From contig OZ024743.1 in assembly GCA_964016885.1 (NCBI GenBank), forward strand, positions 111,352,001-111,416,000: a stretch of DNA of 64,000 nt, in the 5' to 3' direction. Positions 29,587 to 42,561 of the stretch are shown piece after piece. Numbering within the stretch: position 1 is the first letter of the stretch; each line of letters starts with the position of its first letter. The notes below the pieces were generated by a model that searched no databases, was not told the origin of the DNA, and saw only the letters and a program-made list of their open reading frames with translations. The stretch is from Eledone cirrhosa (taxonomy: Eukaryota). A program made the translations under genes and the position numbers.

Positions 29587-29950
29587 ATATAATATAAAAC
29601 GAAAAATCAGTGATGCATCTGAACTCAATTTATTGTGTGTTACAATTGTTTCGCCGGCTCGAGACGCGATCATTGTGTGGATCTATCTGATTCTGGACTC
29701 GCAGGTTCGATGGACACGTCAAATGATTTCGGAGCATATTCTCTCACTGAGAGAATATGCTCCGAATATGCTCCGAATATGCTCAGTGAGAGAATATGCT
29801 CCGAAATCATTATGCGTGTCTGTCGAACCTTCGGTTGCAGAATCAGACAGATCACACAATGATCGCGTCGCGAGCTGTCCGCCGGCGAAACAAGTGTAAC
29901 ACAATAAATTGAGGTCAGATGCATCACTGATTTTTCGTTTCATATTATAT
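29587..29950. mobile_element. Foldback/MITE-like palindrome (~364 bp)
   Basis: Arms AAACGAAAAATCAGTGATGCATCTGA.. / ..TCAGATGCATCACTGATTTTTCGTTT pair along their length; the centre contains GAATATGCTCC repeats. Confidence 0.85.
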
Positions 29951-29963
29951 ATATACAGATATG

Positions 29964-30106
<143 letters not shown>

Positions 30107-30154
30107 GTCTATATATATATATTTATATATATATATATTATATGTGTATATATA

Positions 30155-30197
<43 letters not shown>

Positions 30198-30240
30198 GTA
30201 CATATGTGTGTGTGTATGTATGTATGCATGTATGTATGTA

Positions 30241-30294
<54 letters not shown>

Positions 30295-31011
30295 TATAGA
30301 TATAGATACAAATATTTATATTTTATATGTATGTATATACGTGTGTGTGTGTTTGAGAAATTGTCTGTGCATATATGTGTGTGTGTGTGATTCCCTACAA
30401 AGAAATACTTTTTTATCTATGATTAATTCTCTTTAATATAATCTCACCTCTACCTCTTCCTCTCCCCCAGCTTCTCTCTCACAATATATATATGTTTTTC
30501 TCACCCTCCCACCGCTCTCAGATTTTCTCATTATTAATCCTTTCATCTTTATAGATGCAAGTTTTTTTTGTTTTTTTTTCAAGCAGACCGATCTCATTCT
30601 CTGAATTCAGGAAAAAAACGAATACCAATATTAATAATAGCTATGATAACATTAAAAACATGATACAATTAAACCACTACGTATTAAGGTACTTGTAAGT
30701 CATTTTTTTAAAAGATTTAATATATTAATCATTATCATGATTAGGTATAAGGTCTAACAATACTTAACCCATTTGGCACCAATTCTAAACGTTGATCTCG
30801 AAATTAACAACTGTTTTATCGCTTATATATCTCCAGACATATTATTTTTCTTTATCTCTCTCTCCGCCTGCATATGTCTCTCAATTTTTATTCTCATCAC
30901 ACTCGCTCTCTTTGTCACTTTCCATTTTTCTCACATTCTCCGTTTCTTGCTCACTCTTTGTCCCTCAATGTCTCTTCATATTAACATTTAATATTATTGA
31001 ATACTATATAT

Positions 31012-31150
31012 AATAATTGTTTCTAATTTTGGCACAAGGCCAGCAAATTACCAGTAAATTACTGGTACTTTATTTTCTCGACCCCGCAAGGATGAAAGGC
31101 AAAGTTAACCTCGGGGGGATTTGAACTCAGATATAATAATGGACGATAAA
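31012..31150 (-). mobile_element. tRNA-derived SINE immediately abutting the LINE 3' end
   Basis: GGCACAAGGCCAGC..GACCCCGCAAGGATGAAAGGCAAAGTTAACCTCGG..GGATTTGAACTCAG. Confidence 0.75.
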
Positions 31151-31163
31151 CTATATTAAGTAT

Positions 31164-34100
31164 CTATCTATCTAAGGCGGGTAAAATTCCCGAGATCCAT
31201 GGACGAGTTCTCTCCAGCGGTCTCTGTCCCTCATTATCGCTGCCATATCCTGCATCTCCAACAGACCAGTGTCTGTCCTTAGGGCATCAACATATGTTAA
31301 CCTTGGTCTTCCTCTTCTAGTGTGTCCATGTAGGGGCTCCCAAAGGAGCACTGAGTGCAATGTCAACTCTGGATGTCGGTGAGCATGTCCAGCCAACCTC
31401 AGTCTTCTCTGTGTCACTTTTGAGCTGACTTTTGGGATGCTCCCATACAGCTCTGAGTTTTTCATCCTCAGTGTATACTGATTAATGTTCAGAGCCATCC
31501 TCAGCATTCTCGTGTAGCACCCATCCACCATCTGAGTGAGTCTCTTGGTCAGTGTCCAAGTCTCAGACCCATACAGCAGCACAGACTCCACTACAGCAAT
31601 GAAGAGGCGGATTTTCAGGTCTCTACGAAGGTCCGACTTCCACACCGATCTCAAGCTGTGACACGCCGCCCAGGCCTTGCTCTTCCTCTCAACCACATCA
31701 TCTTCCGTATTCCCAATCTTTGCTCCCAAATACAGGAAGTCCTCAACCAATTCCAGCGGCTTCCCGCCTACATTAGTGATCCCCTCTGGCTTCTCAACAT
31801 TCTCTACCAGATATTTTGTTTTAGTCTCATTCATTCTCAGCCCCACACTCATCGACACAGTCTCAACCTCCCGCATCAAATCCTCTGCCTCCTTCACTGT
31901 ATTTGTCACCAAAACTATGTCGTCGGCAAATTCAGCATCCGATACCTTTTTCGCCCCAACTCTCCTGCTCTGAGCCGGTGCTACAGTAAAGCCAGAGTCC
32001 TGGTGTTTCTCCAGTGCAAGGCGCATACAATAGTCCACTACGATGATAAAAAGGTAGGGAGCCAATGTATCTCCCTGGAGCACTCCAGCCAGTATCTCAA
32101 AGAACTCTGTCATCCCATCAGGTGTACTGACTTGGGCTTTGGTGTTGGTGTAGAGCAGTGATATCAGGTCCACTATCCTCTTGGGGATTCCATAAGCATG
32201 TAAGATCTTCATCAGGCAGTAACGGTCCACAGAATCAAAGGCCTTCCTAAAGTCAATGAAAACCATGACCGCAGAAAGGCACTTTGCTCTAGCTCCCTCT
32301 AATATCCTCCTCAGCATCAGGATGTGACTGGTGGTTGATCTACCCTCTCTGAAGCCGTTCTGGTTGTCCCTGAGCTTCTTCTCCATCTCAGGCTGGATCC
32401 TGTTAAGAATCATCCTGTTGAGGGTCTTTGCCACAAGTGACGTCAGTGAGATCCCCCGGTAGTTGTTGGTGTTAGAGAGATCTCCCTTCTTTGGCACTGG
32501 GACGATGTTACTGATCCTCCACTGATTCAGGGCAACTCCTTTCTCCAGTGCCACGTTACAGAACCCCAGGATGATATCATCAAAATCACACCTCTTCATC
32601 ACCTCTGATGCCACTCCATCCTCTCCATGAGCCTTGCCCTCCTTGATCTTCTTCTTGGCTCTCTGAAGCTATTCTCTGGTGAAGGGCTCTGTCTCAACAT
32701 CCAGTTCCTCAAACAGCCGCCTGATCTCCCCAGTGCTCTGGGCTGTGGAGGGTGGCTCTCCTAGTAGGGTCCTAAAATGGTCTAGCCATTTCCTCTTCCT
32801 ATCCTCGGGCCCCGTTCCCTGGATCTGACTCGAACACCTTTTCTTCCTCCCTGTGATCTCGTTGATGATCATCCAGCTCTCCTTACATCCAGATCTGTCA
32901 ACCGCTCTCTCCACACTTCTGATCTTCTCTATCAGTGCCTCCTCTCTGACCTCAGTGTAAGCGGTACAGAGCTCTTCCCTCATCACCTCCACAGTCTCCA
33001 TCCTCTCCTCCGTAGGATCAGCATAGAATTGGTCCCTGGCAGCTTTCAGGTGTTCTCTGGCTGCACACACTTTTGGGTTTGCAGAGCTGACGTGCTTCCC
33101 TTTGTTCTTTTTCCTCGGCACCAGGGTTTCACTTGCTTTCGCCACTGCATTGGTGAAGTGCCCGTACCTCCTCGTCACACTCTCCTCAGTCCATCCAATC
33201 TCTCTCTCCTCTGACTCTCCACACAGAGCACTAAACCTGTTTCTCACTTCCACTGTGAACCTCTCCTGTAGCTTATCATCTTCCTTGAAAGCTCCCCAGT
33301 CATAGATTGTTCTCCGGGGCTGAGCCTTGCTCTTTCTTAAGCTCACGCGGACCTCACTCATAACAAGCCGGTGGTCACTACCCAGTGTACTGAAATAGCT
33401 GTATGGTTCCGTGTTCAGAACACTATTCCGCCACTTTTTCCTCACCAGAATGAAATCAATCTGGGACTTGGACAGGTGCATATCTGAGATGTAGGTCCAC
33501 ATCTTCCCCAGATTCTTCCTAAACCTTAGGTTGGTCGCCATCAAGTTCGCCTCCAGCAGGGTGTCTCTCAGTAGTCTTCCATTTCGGTTGGTGTTGTTAT
33601 GGAAGTACCAGCAAGGATCTTCACTGCCCTCCTTACTCAGATGTGCATTGAAGTCCCCCAAAACAAGCAGGATATTGTGTGCCTGAGTGGTGTTGACAGC
33701 TCTACACACCTCCTCATGGAACTCCTCGGCATTCACATCACTGTCCCCCTCGGTTGGACTATAGGCTGAGATAACTGTCAGTCTTGGGTTTCCATTGAAG
33801 GTCACCCTCAACACTCGCGGGGAGATAGGCATTATTTCCCTCACCAACAGATTGGTTTTTGCACTGAACACAAAACCCACTCCTCCTACTGCAGCGTTTG
33901 TTGTGTTCTTCACTGCCGATGTAGTGATGAGCTGGCTCTTCCTCCCGATCATCACACTCCTCACGGGCTCATCGTGTAGAATCCTGTGTTCTTGGATCGC
34001 AAGTATCTGTATACCACTCTCCTCGAACAGATGTCCCAACTCCTCTCTCTTCTCCAGCGTTCGAATAGTCCTCACATTCAAAGTGCCCATTTTGATGGCT

Positions 34101-34480
34101 CTTCTGCAGGACAAAACTGCATTCTTTATATTTGTCTCAGAGACAGCTGATCCATCATCCACTGGCCCTCTCTGTGGCTCTAAGCCAGCAGAGTCATAAC
34201 GACCAGGCTGATCCTTGACAGTGTAATTAGGGGCTCTAACCCTAGTGCTGTTAGATCGACTCTCCATATTTCTTTTCAATGGCTGACAATACCTTACCGG
34301 CGCCACTCGAGTAAGGTAGTTATTTAACCCATAACTGGAGCCCTAACAGGTACTACCACCCCGGGCCAGGGCAGACCTGGGAGTCATTACAACTAAGGGG
34401 TAACTCCACATTCCCCACATCTCCTGAACTCCCGAACTGGAGCCTTGCCACTGGATGTAGTTTAATGTCATACCCAGGAC
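31164..34480 (-). mobile_element. Full-length RTE-clade LINE with target-site duplication
   Basis: TSD ATATTAAGTAT at 31153-31163 and 34481-34491; single APE-RT frame; short (TAGA)n tail directly after the stop; ~210-nt 5' UTR. Confidence 0.93.
31172..34267 (-). pseudogene. APE endonuclease-reverse transcriptase ORF (~1030 codons) interrupted by one in-frame TAG
   Basis: EN motifs GTLNVRT, QEHR, YSPT, GDFNA, IDFIL, SDH. RT motifs NYRGISL, QNGFR, FIDFRKAFDS, GVLQGDTLAP, FADD, YLG. The two ORFs share a frame, separated only by TAG at 32669-32671. First ATG at 34267. Confidence 0.93.
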
Positions 34481-34517
34481 ATATTAAGTATTTCATATTA
34501 TTATTCACTGTAGAAGG

Positions 34518-34708
34518 AGGGTGAATTGGCAGAATCTTTAGAGCATTTGTTCTGGTTGTCAGCGCCTTGAGTTCAAATCCCCCCAACGTTAATTTTGCAT
34601 TTCATCCTTCCGAGGTTGTTCACATATAATCCCAGTTAAGTTATAATACAAGGGCTGAAATATTCGGCTTCCTCAAATTGCTGACTGTGCCCATGTTACG
34701 AACAATTA
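34518..34708 (+). mobile_element. Degenerate tRNA-derived SINE
   Basis: GAATTGGCAGAATC..GAGTTCAAATCC..TTTCATCCTTCCGAGGT. Confidence 0.65.
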
Positions 34709-34746
34709 TTATTCACTCTGGAACATATATCTAAATTATTATTTAA

Positions 34747-35680
34747 TCTACTTATATATATAACAAGCAATTTCTCTGTCTGCCTGTCCGACAGTGGAAA
34801 CACGTGCGTAGAGAGAGAGTGAGAGTGAAAGTAAGAGACAGACTACGAGAGGGGGATAGCGGGAGGGAGAGAGGGAGATAGAGAGAGAGTGAATAGACGC
34901 TAAAACACGTGCTACAGAAATATTACCTCCCCCTCCCCACGGACTTTGGTAACTGAGGCCGAGGGAATCGCTGGTTGCTATAGAGACACCTTGCACAAGC
35001 CAGAAGTAACCAGTTCGAGGCGGTTCTGACTTGACACCATGCGAAGGAGGTTGCCATTGAGTTTGTGGTTTGAAGAAGGTTGCCATTGAATTTGTGGTTT
35101 TTGCTGCTGATAATAAGGACCATTTGAAGAAGGTTGCTGCTGATGAGGTAATTTATTAATCAGATTGCGCAGTTCCATAACCTACGTTTGATTTGTTCAA
35201 TTTTTTTCTTCAATTTTTTTTGTTGTTTTTTTTTTATTTCTTATTAAAAAAATATAAATAAGGTTAGAAATTTAAATACAATTAAATACGATTTAATTTC
35301 CATTTCCAGCAGCCAATGTCCAGTGTTCAATTTCATGAAAAAAATGGAAATAATTCAAAAAATTGAAGTTTAACTTTTGAACATTTGTTTTGACAATAAA
35401 AACATATTTCCTTATTCACACCTAATGGTATGATTAAAATTTCATAGGAATATTATTTTCTAACCGCCAGTTATTTATTTTCTCCTTTTTCGTTTTAACA
35501 TATATTTATTTCAAAGATTTCACCGTATAGATAACATATATATTTATACATGCATAAAAGACACACCGAGAGACGGTGAACTTGTGGTGCCGAAAACATT
35601 TCTCATCCAAATCTCAACAATATCAGTATATACACTAGATTTGCTAGCAGAAAACCGCCCATTTGGTGGTTTTCTGCTAG
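34747..35680 (+). mobile_element. Non-autonomous Helitron-like element
   Basis: A|TCTAC.. start; ends in hairpin CTAGCAGAAAACCGCC-CATTT-GGTGGTTTTCTGCTAG; no TSD. Confidence 0.6.
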
Positions 35681-36526
35681 TCTATATTAAAAAAGACAAG
35701 CTGATCTTCGTCTGTCTCTCCGTTGTTTTTGTTTGAGAGACCCACAGTGCAAAACTGAGTGTGAGAGTGAAAGAGATGTACATCGTTTATGACGGCAAAG
35801 AGAAAGTGATGACAACGGAATTAAGAAAAATACTTTTAAGTGCAATCCTGTCAACACGTTAGTTTCTATCTCTCTATCTATGTTTCACGCACTATCTCAC
35901 TCCCTTCCTCTCTGTATTTGTCCGTCAACAGCATTTCACTCTTCCCTCTTCCCTCCTTTGGGAGGTTGTTCTTGTTGAGAGAGAAATACAGTGAGTGAGA
36001 GAGAGGATGTGTGTGTATTGATAGATAGATAGTTTAATGCATATTTCAACAATAAGGTGACGTCATAATAAGAAATTGACATATTTCAATATCTATTTTT
36101 CATACACACGCTCTCCCTCTATAATTGCATTTCTCTTTCAAGAACATGTGTTGTGCTTGAGAGTGAAATACAGTGAGAGGCAGTGTGTGTGTATGTGTGT
36201 TGTGTGTGAGCGCATGTGTGCGTGTGTGTGTGTATGTGTGAGTGTATGTGTGTGTGTGTGTGTGTGTGTATGAGCGTGTGTGTTTGTTTGTGTGTGCATT
36301 TGTGAGTGCGTGTGTTTGTGTTAAAGTGAGATTTTAAAAATACTTCAACAGAGACAACGCAACACAGACTTAAAAAAATAAAAAAAACAATGTCATTTGT
36401 TGGTAACGCTTATATGTGTATATAATATATAGTTCTTATTGTTTGTTTGTATGATTGTTGGTTAATTTTGTTTCTGTGTTTCTTTGTGTGCATTCTATCT
36501 TCAGTGTAACAACGGATTTTTCCTAG
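35681..36526 (+). mobile_element. Second Helitron-like element, directly head-to-tail with the first
   Basis: TCTATATTAAAAAAGACAAG..GTCTGTC start, related to the previous 5' end; ends CAGTGTAACAACGG..CCTAG|T. Confidence 0.5.
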
Positions 36527-36546
36527 TATTAACAAAAGTTATATGC

Positions 36547-36579
<33 letters not shown>

Positions 36580-36720
36580 GTAAAGGTTAAACAAGGGTCA
36601 ATGAATAAATCAAAGAATAAAGTTTTACAATAGATTAGAAGCACTCCACAAGTTGATTTTCCGGAGTTATCAATATTAATTCAAAATATTAACAAAAATA
36701 GACATTCGTGTGATCAAGTA

Positions 36721-36787
36721 TATTTTATTATACATATTTCAGAGGTACTGAGTTATCTTCAACAGTACGTTCTCATCAGATAAAATA
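36721..36787 (-). ncRNA. Type I hammerhead ribozyme motif
   Basis: Minus: TATTTTAT CTGATGA gaac GTACTG..CAGTAC ctct GAAA TATGTA TA^ATAAAATA. Confidence 0.7.
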
Positions 36788-38245
36788 AGATGATGCATGA
36801 CATACCCTGACTAAGTAGATGGTTAAAATTCAGTCATGGCAGTTAATAAGATATGACAAAACTCAATATTTATATACCTTAAGATTGAGACATGAAACAA
36901 TTACATATAATACAGAGGGTGCGTGTGAGAAAGATTATAAAAATACATAATAATAAACAACTACTAATATAATAGAAATTTACATAACTGTTAGAGATTC
37001 AAATAATTTAAATTATTGAAGAATGAAGTGACACTTATAGGATCGCAAACCATTTATTTATTTATTTTGAATCTGTGTCTTATCTTTTATGATTCAGGAA
37101 GTTTGATTTGTATATGTATAGTATATATGTATTACATGATCCTAATATAATAATTGACGTAAAACATTACTCTTAACACTATTAACAGTAATTTATTTAT
37201 CATATTATATTATATTATATATAACTGACTAATTTTGTCTTAAACTTTAAATAATATACTATTTGTATAAATTTAGACAAATGCGTATATCTAGTTTAAT
37301 AATATCCTTTTTAAGTATACTTATAAGGCCTTTGGATACTTTAGGCATTCTAATTGTTAATTTTAAATTTCTAAAGTTATAATTGTAATTACTTTCTAAG
37401 TTATATAATGATTATTTTTTAATATAAAATCTCTTTAATATAAAATGTTTTTAATATAATTTAATATGGATTACCTTCGGGATGAAGATAATATTAAGTC
37501 TCTTCTTTCTCATGTTTGCAAATACTTTAAATATGATATTATACTATAATATAAATACTTATAAATTTTATAGCCTGAAATATTATACCTTTAGATTAAT
37601 TCACTATTTCTAAATGATTCGAAATTTAACGGTCATCCGGATACGTTTGGATATATATAATTAATTAATAGTCTATTTCTAATTAACTTAAGGACTCGAA
37701 ATTAAACCCTCATATAACTACACCCAGATATATTTGATATTTTGATTGATTGATAATTTCTAGATAATTCAACGATTCGAAAGTATTCATTCACAAAGCT
37801 ATGCCCACATGTATATTTATTTATTTATTTATATATATATTTTTGCATCATCTAATTATACGCTATTTATCCACGACAATACGAATCTCCCTCCCTATGC
37901 TTTACGCTATAAACATTATTCTTCCTTGTCTTTATCCTTAATCATTTTTCTTTTGCTTTCGTGCATAAGATATTTCTAGTAACTATCTTTTTCCTCATAT
38001 GTTTCTCTCTCTGTCTTTCACTTCTTCTTTCTTCAATAATTTAAATTACGTAAATTTCTATTATATTAGTAGTTGTTTATTATTATGTATTTTTATAATC
38101 TTTCTCACACGCACCCTCTGTATTACATGTAATTTTTTCATGTCTCAATCTTAAGGTATATAAATATTGAGTTTTGTCATATCTTATTCACTGCCATGAC
38201 TGAATTTTAACCATCTACTTAGTCAGGGTATGTCATGGATCATCT

Positions 38246-38312
38246 TATTTTATCTGATGAGGACGTAATGTTGAAGATAGCTCAGTACCTCTGATATATG
38301 TATAATAAAATA
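38246..38312 (+). ncRNA. Decayed hammerhead motif (GAAA mutated to GATA)
   Basis: Inverted partner of 36721-36787: TATTTTAT CTGATGA..CAGTACCTCT GATA TATGTATAATAAAATA. Confidence 0.55.
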
Positions 38313-38392
38313 TACTTGATCACACGAAAGTCTATTTTTGTTAATATTTTGAATTAATATATATATATTTATATATAAATATATAAGTTTTT

Positions 38393-38525
38393 GAAGGCGT
38401 GTGGCTGAATGGTTAGAGAATTGGATTCACAATCTTGAGGTTCTGAGTTCGATTCCTGGATCGGGGATGCCTCATGTCCTTGAGAAAAACACTTTATGTC
38501 ACGTTGCTCCTTATACCTGGCGTTG
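38393..38525 (+). mobile_element. tRNA-derived SINE, second family
   Basis: A box TGGCTGAATGG, B box GAGTTCGATTCC, then TGTCCTTGAGAAAAACACTTTA..TTGCTCC. Confidence 0.7.
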
Positions 38526-38719
38526 CAACTGATAGATAGTACCTTGCAACTGGAAAGACCATAAGAGACATTGTTTCCTCGGTCCGATTTAACGAAAGTC
38601 GATCGATATATATATATAAGTGTGTGTGTGTGTGGGGGCGTATGTGTGTGTTTCGGTGTGTGTACGTGTATGTGTCTCTTGGGGTCTCACATGTGTACGA
38701 AATAATTTTCAATAGAGAA

Positions 38720-39260
38720 AAAAGTAAAGTGTATTTTAGCAGTTTCCTACAATAATAACTAGATCTCCAACCAAACTATACAAATCTTGGACTTTATACC
38801 ATTGCCGCAGAACTCCAGCTGTCCTTTGGTCGATAAGCTTAACATACCAACATTTTGAGATATGATGCTACAAGATTCGGAGAATCCTATTATTCACGCA
38901 ACGTAGCCAAATATGATGATAGAAAGAAAATGGAAAGTTAGAAATGCAGTGAATGAAGCAAAACTATTCTAAAATGCAGAAAGAATATCATTGCAACAGT
39001 AAAAGGCCACATTAAGGGGCATCTGCAGACAACTAAATTAGGAGGATTTACAAGCCAACATCGTGCCAGAATGCGGGACTTATGAAGATGACATGGAACA
39101 GATTATGGAAAAAGAATATGATCAGATTCAAACTTCTTCTGAAAGTAGTGTATGATATATTTCCAGCACTGCTGCTACTAGAGTGTGGGGATGGTGTCAC
39201 AGTGTTTGGAGATTTTCCCTCAGATGTGAGTTTATACATCATTAAAATACGGTCTGGCAG
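38720..39260 (+). mobile_element. Decayed fragment of RLE-type non-LTR retrotransposon (HERO-like C-terminal region)
   Basis: Frames read DSENPII..RKWKVRNAVNEA and KMTWNRLWK..IRFKLLLKVVYDIFP, resembling the GRKW..AV..A and W..LW....RI.FL..SVYD.LP motifs. Confidence 0.55.
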
Positions 39261-39686
39261 CATTTAAAACCATAGCTTTCTTTTGATATTTTAGCGGGAA
39301 TTCCACTTGTTGTCTTGTGTTCCTCCCTGCCCCTATACTCTACATTGGACATTCCGCTAATGCATTACAAAAAGAAGACATCGGGTTTAATGTCAGGAAA
39401 GCAAATATGTAGGCAAGTAGAGAGGTGATCCAAGAAATAGAGAGAATCGGGGGAAAATATTTATTATGGATATGATAAAAGTATTCAAATAAAACATAAA
39501 GACATCATGGATGGTGAGCCAATTTTTTTACCATGCCCAACACCATAAAAATTCAGGCATTCCTAATTAGGATTTACTCTACTTGGCACCACTAGTGGGA
39601 GTGATACTGTCACATCATAGAAAAACCTTCCTGATCTCAAGTCGAAAGCGGATGAAGGGAAAGCCAGCAGTGAAAGTTGTATATAG

Positions 39687-39786
<100 letters not shown>

Positions 39787-40514
39787 GTATGGGTATATAT
39801 ATATAAGTGTTTCTATGCGTTTGGGATTATTTGTGCGTCGTTATGTTTATGAATGTATGTGTGTGCCCAGCTGTAAATGTGTATACGTCTATTAGTTTGT
39901 TTGTATATCTACGTCAGATTCTCATTTCCTGATTCTAGTGCCATAAGAAGCTTGCAGCAAATACAAAAGCAACTATTACTGCCACGTCATGAATTTAGCG
40001 TAAATCGTTACAAAATGCGTAGTTTTCTTTGAGGAAACATAACAAGCAGCATCGTAGGTCAGTGGTTATAACAATATACAACGATATATTTTTAATATCA
40101 ATGTTGTTGCTAAATGTCATTTGTCTGGTGGGTATACTTTAAAGTGAAACCATCTATGAAATATCAGGGACATAATCACCAGTATTCATAAATGATTAAC
40201 AAAAACATGTAGATTGAGAAAGTATAGATAAGAAATGAGTGAATTCTAATAAAAATAGCTTTTTCAATACACGATTCATTTGAGTGTAAAGACATACCTT
40301 CTATGATGATGTTCCAATAATAATGTCCTCGTATGTTCTAACAGATAAATATTTGTGAATGTGAATACATAAATGTGTATGCTGGTTTTCTATGCGTTAC
40401 AATCTCTGCCTCGGTCTCTTTCTCTTTTCTGCTCTGTCCTCACACTTTTTGTCTGTCTCTCTCTCTCACTCCCCATATCTCACATTCACTCTATTTCTCT
40501 CTCCATTTCTGACT

Positions 40515-40638
<124 letters not shown>

Positions 40639-41159
40639 TAGTCCTCTCCCTCGCTCTCTGTCTCTCTCCATAGCCATCACACCCTCTCTCTATATATATC
40701 TCACACACACACCTTCGTTCTCACACGTTCTGAATCGTTTCTACCTCTGTTTATACTTACTCACTGTAACACTTTGTCAGATACTATCTCTAAATCAGTT
40801 TTAAGAGACAGATCAAAGAGCTATCTACCAAATATACATATGACAATATACCTTGGTACTTCGGAATTGCTGTATCATGCTATTCAGCTGAATATCAAAT
40901 AGTAGAGAGTAAACAGAAATTGACACATCTAGTTCTATATTAGTCTACATAACTGCTCCTGTTAAATGTTGTCAGTTGTTATTAAACTGGGTCAAGTGAA
41001 CATGCAGAAACCTGTGAGATTCGAAACAGGTGATTCAGTAAGTTTGTAACCGAATGAAAAATAGAAAACATAAAAACACAGCGAAGTACACATTTACGCA
41101 CAAACATCAACTTTAACAGACATGAAGTACAGTGAAGATATATATTGGTTTCACGTTTA

Positions 41160-42425
41160 ACATAATAGGAAAAGTCCTTACGTTTCGGATGCCATCTGCT
41201 CCTTTCACAATATTTTGGAAAATTGTTGATAGGATGGTTTATGTTGTAGGAAGTTCAGTTGGGACATTTGAAAATGTGTGATCAAAAAGCAACTAAATCG
41301 TGCTGAAAAGGAAAAAAGTCCTATTATATTTAGAGAGCAAATGCATGTGCGTAAGTGTGTGTAAGTGTGCTTATAATTGTCTACACGCGTGCGTGAGTGT
41401 GTGTTTGTTGCTCTACGAAGCTCTAAGGATTTGCGTGTGTATAAGTTTAAGAGTGTATTTGTATTTATTGTTGGTTTATACAAAGTAGTGAGGGTGTCTT
41501 ACTGAATGTAAAGAGGCTGTAGGAAACTCTAGTGACGAGCGTATGTACATAGCTAACATCAGATGAGCTAGTGGGGTGAGAAGCTATTTGTATAGAAACA
41601 CGCGTGAACGCATGTGTGCAGGGGTGAATATAGAATATAGGAAATGTGCTGAAGGGTTGAGTCTATTTGAGAAATGGCACCCATAGCGAAAAGTCAAGAT
41701 CTACTTATTCCTGGTGAACTAGGCCGGTGATCTATGATGTAATAGGATTCCCATGTTAGAGATATGTAGAGAGGATTAGCCTGGGGAACTGAAGATACAA
41801 ACAATGGTGATATCCCTGCCAAGTCGTAGGTCTCTCAAGTGTTCTGCAAATCGGTCAGCCAGTCTGTGGTTTGTTTGTCCGAGGCCATAGAAAACATTGG
41901 TAGATTTACAGTTGAAGGATCGACAGATACGGAAACAAACGTTAGTGCTTGTGAGATTTGTGAGGTTGGAAAAGAAGGAACATGTGTTACAGTGGGTGCT
42001 ACAGAAAAAACGTGAGCTTCGTGGAGTCCAAGGTGAGCACGAATCGGTGCTGTGCGCAAGGTGGCCACCAAGATTCCAGGCACGCTTAAAGATGAAGGTA
42101 GTGGTTATGAAAGAAGCAAAAGTAATGGTGTCATGAGAAAGGGTGCGCAAGCAAAGGAGAGTATGATTCCGGGAAGATAGGCTGGCGTGTTGTTCGGGGA
42201 GAAAGGAAGAGAAGCGGGGTTTTTCTTCGGGTTTTTTTCGCAGATTGGGAATGGGAGAGTTGTGCCATGTTCGATTTCACAGCTTCGGTCAGGGTTGAGG
42301 TACATCCATGCTGAATGAAACTTGGGACTAGGTCTTGAAATGGCGGTCTTGGATAGAAAGCCGACGAAGACGGATATTTTGGGAGTAGAGAATGGAGAAA
42401 TAGATGTCCAGAAATAGGAGGAAAG
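41160..42425 (-). mobile_element. Decayed Penelope-like 3' fragment (RT thumb and GIY-YIG)
   Basis: SILYSQNIRLRRLS..FK, C..C..SFNCKSTNVFY..GQTNHRLADRFAEHLRD; remnant hammerhead ..GCATCC GAAA CGTA near 41176-41210. Confidence 0.75.
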
Positions 42426-42436
42426 TTATATGTATA

Positions 42437-42483
<47 letters not shown>

Positions 42484-42561
42484 ATACTTTAGGAGGGTCA
42501 TGTTGCCAATAGGAAATACACGCACCAGTTGATTTCACTCCAATTGATTATAAATTAAATT

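Larger units (their letters stand above)
36673..38360. mobile_element. Element with ~340-bp terminal inverted repeats, each carrying a hammerhead motif
   Basis: 36673-37028 is the reverse complement of ~38022-38360; ~1 kb very AT-rich interior. Confidence 0.85.

Noticed and set aside
31658-34199. Plus-strand ORFs overlapping the LINE
   Set aside because: Antisense shadows of the RTE ORF with no motifs.
38393-38465. tRNA gene
   Set aside because: A and B boxes are present but there is no complete cloverleaf, and it continues into a SINE body; the same applies to the other SINE heads.
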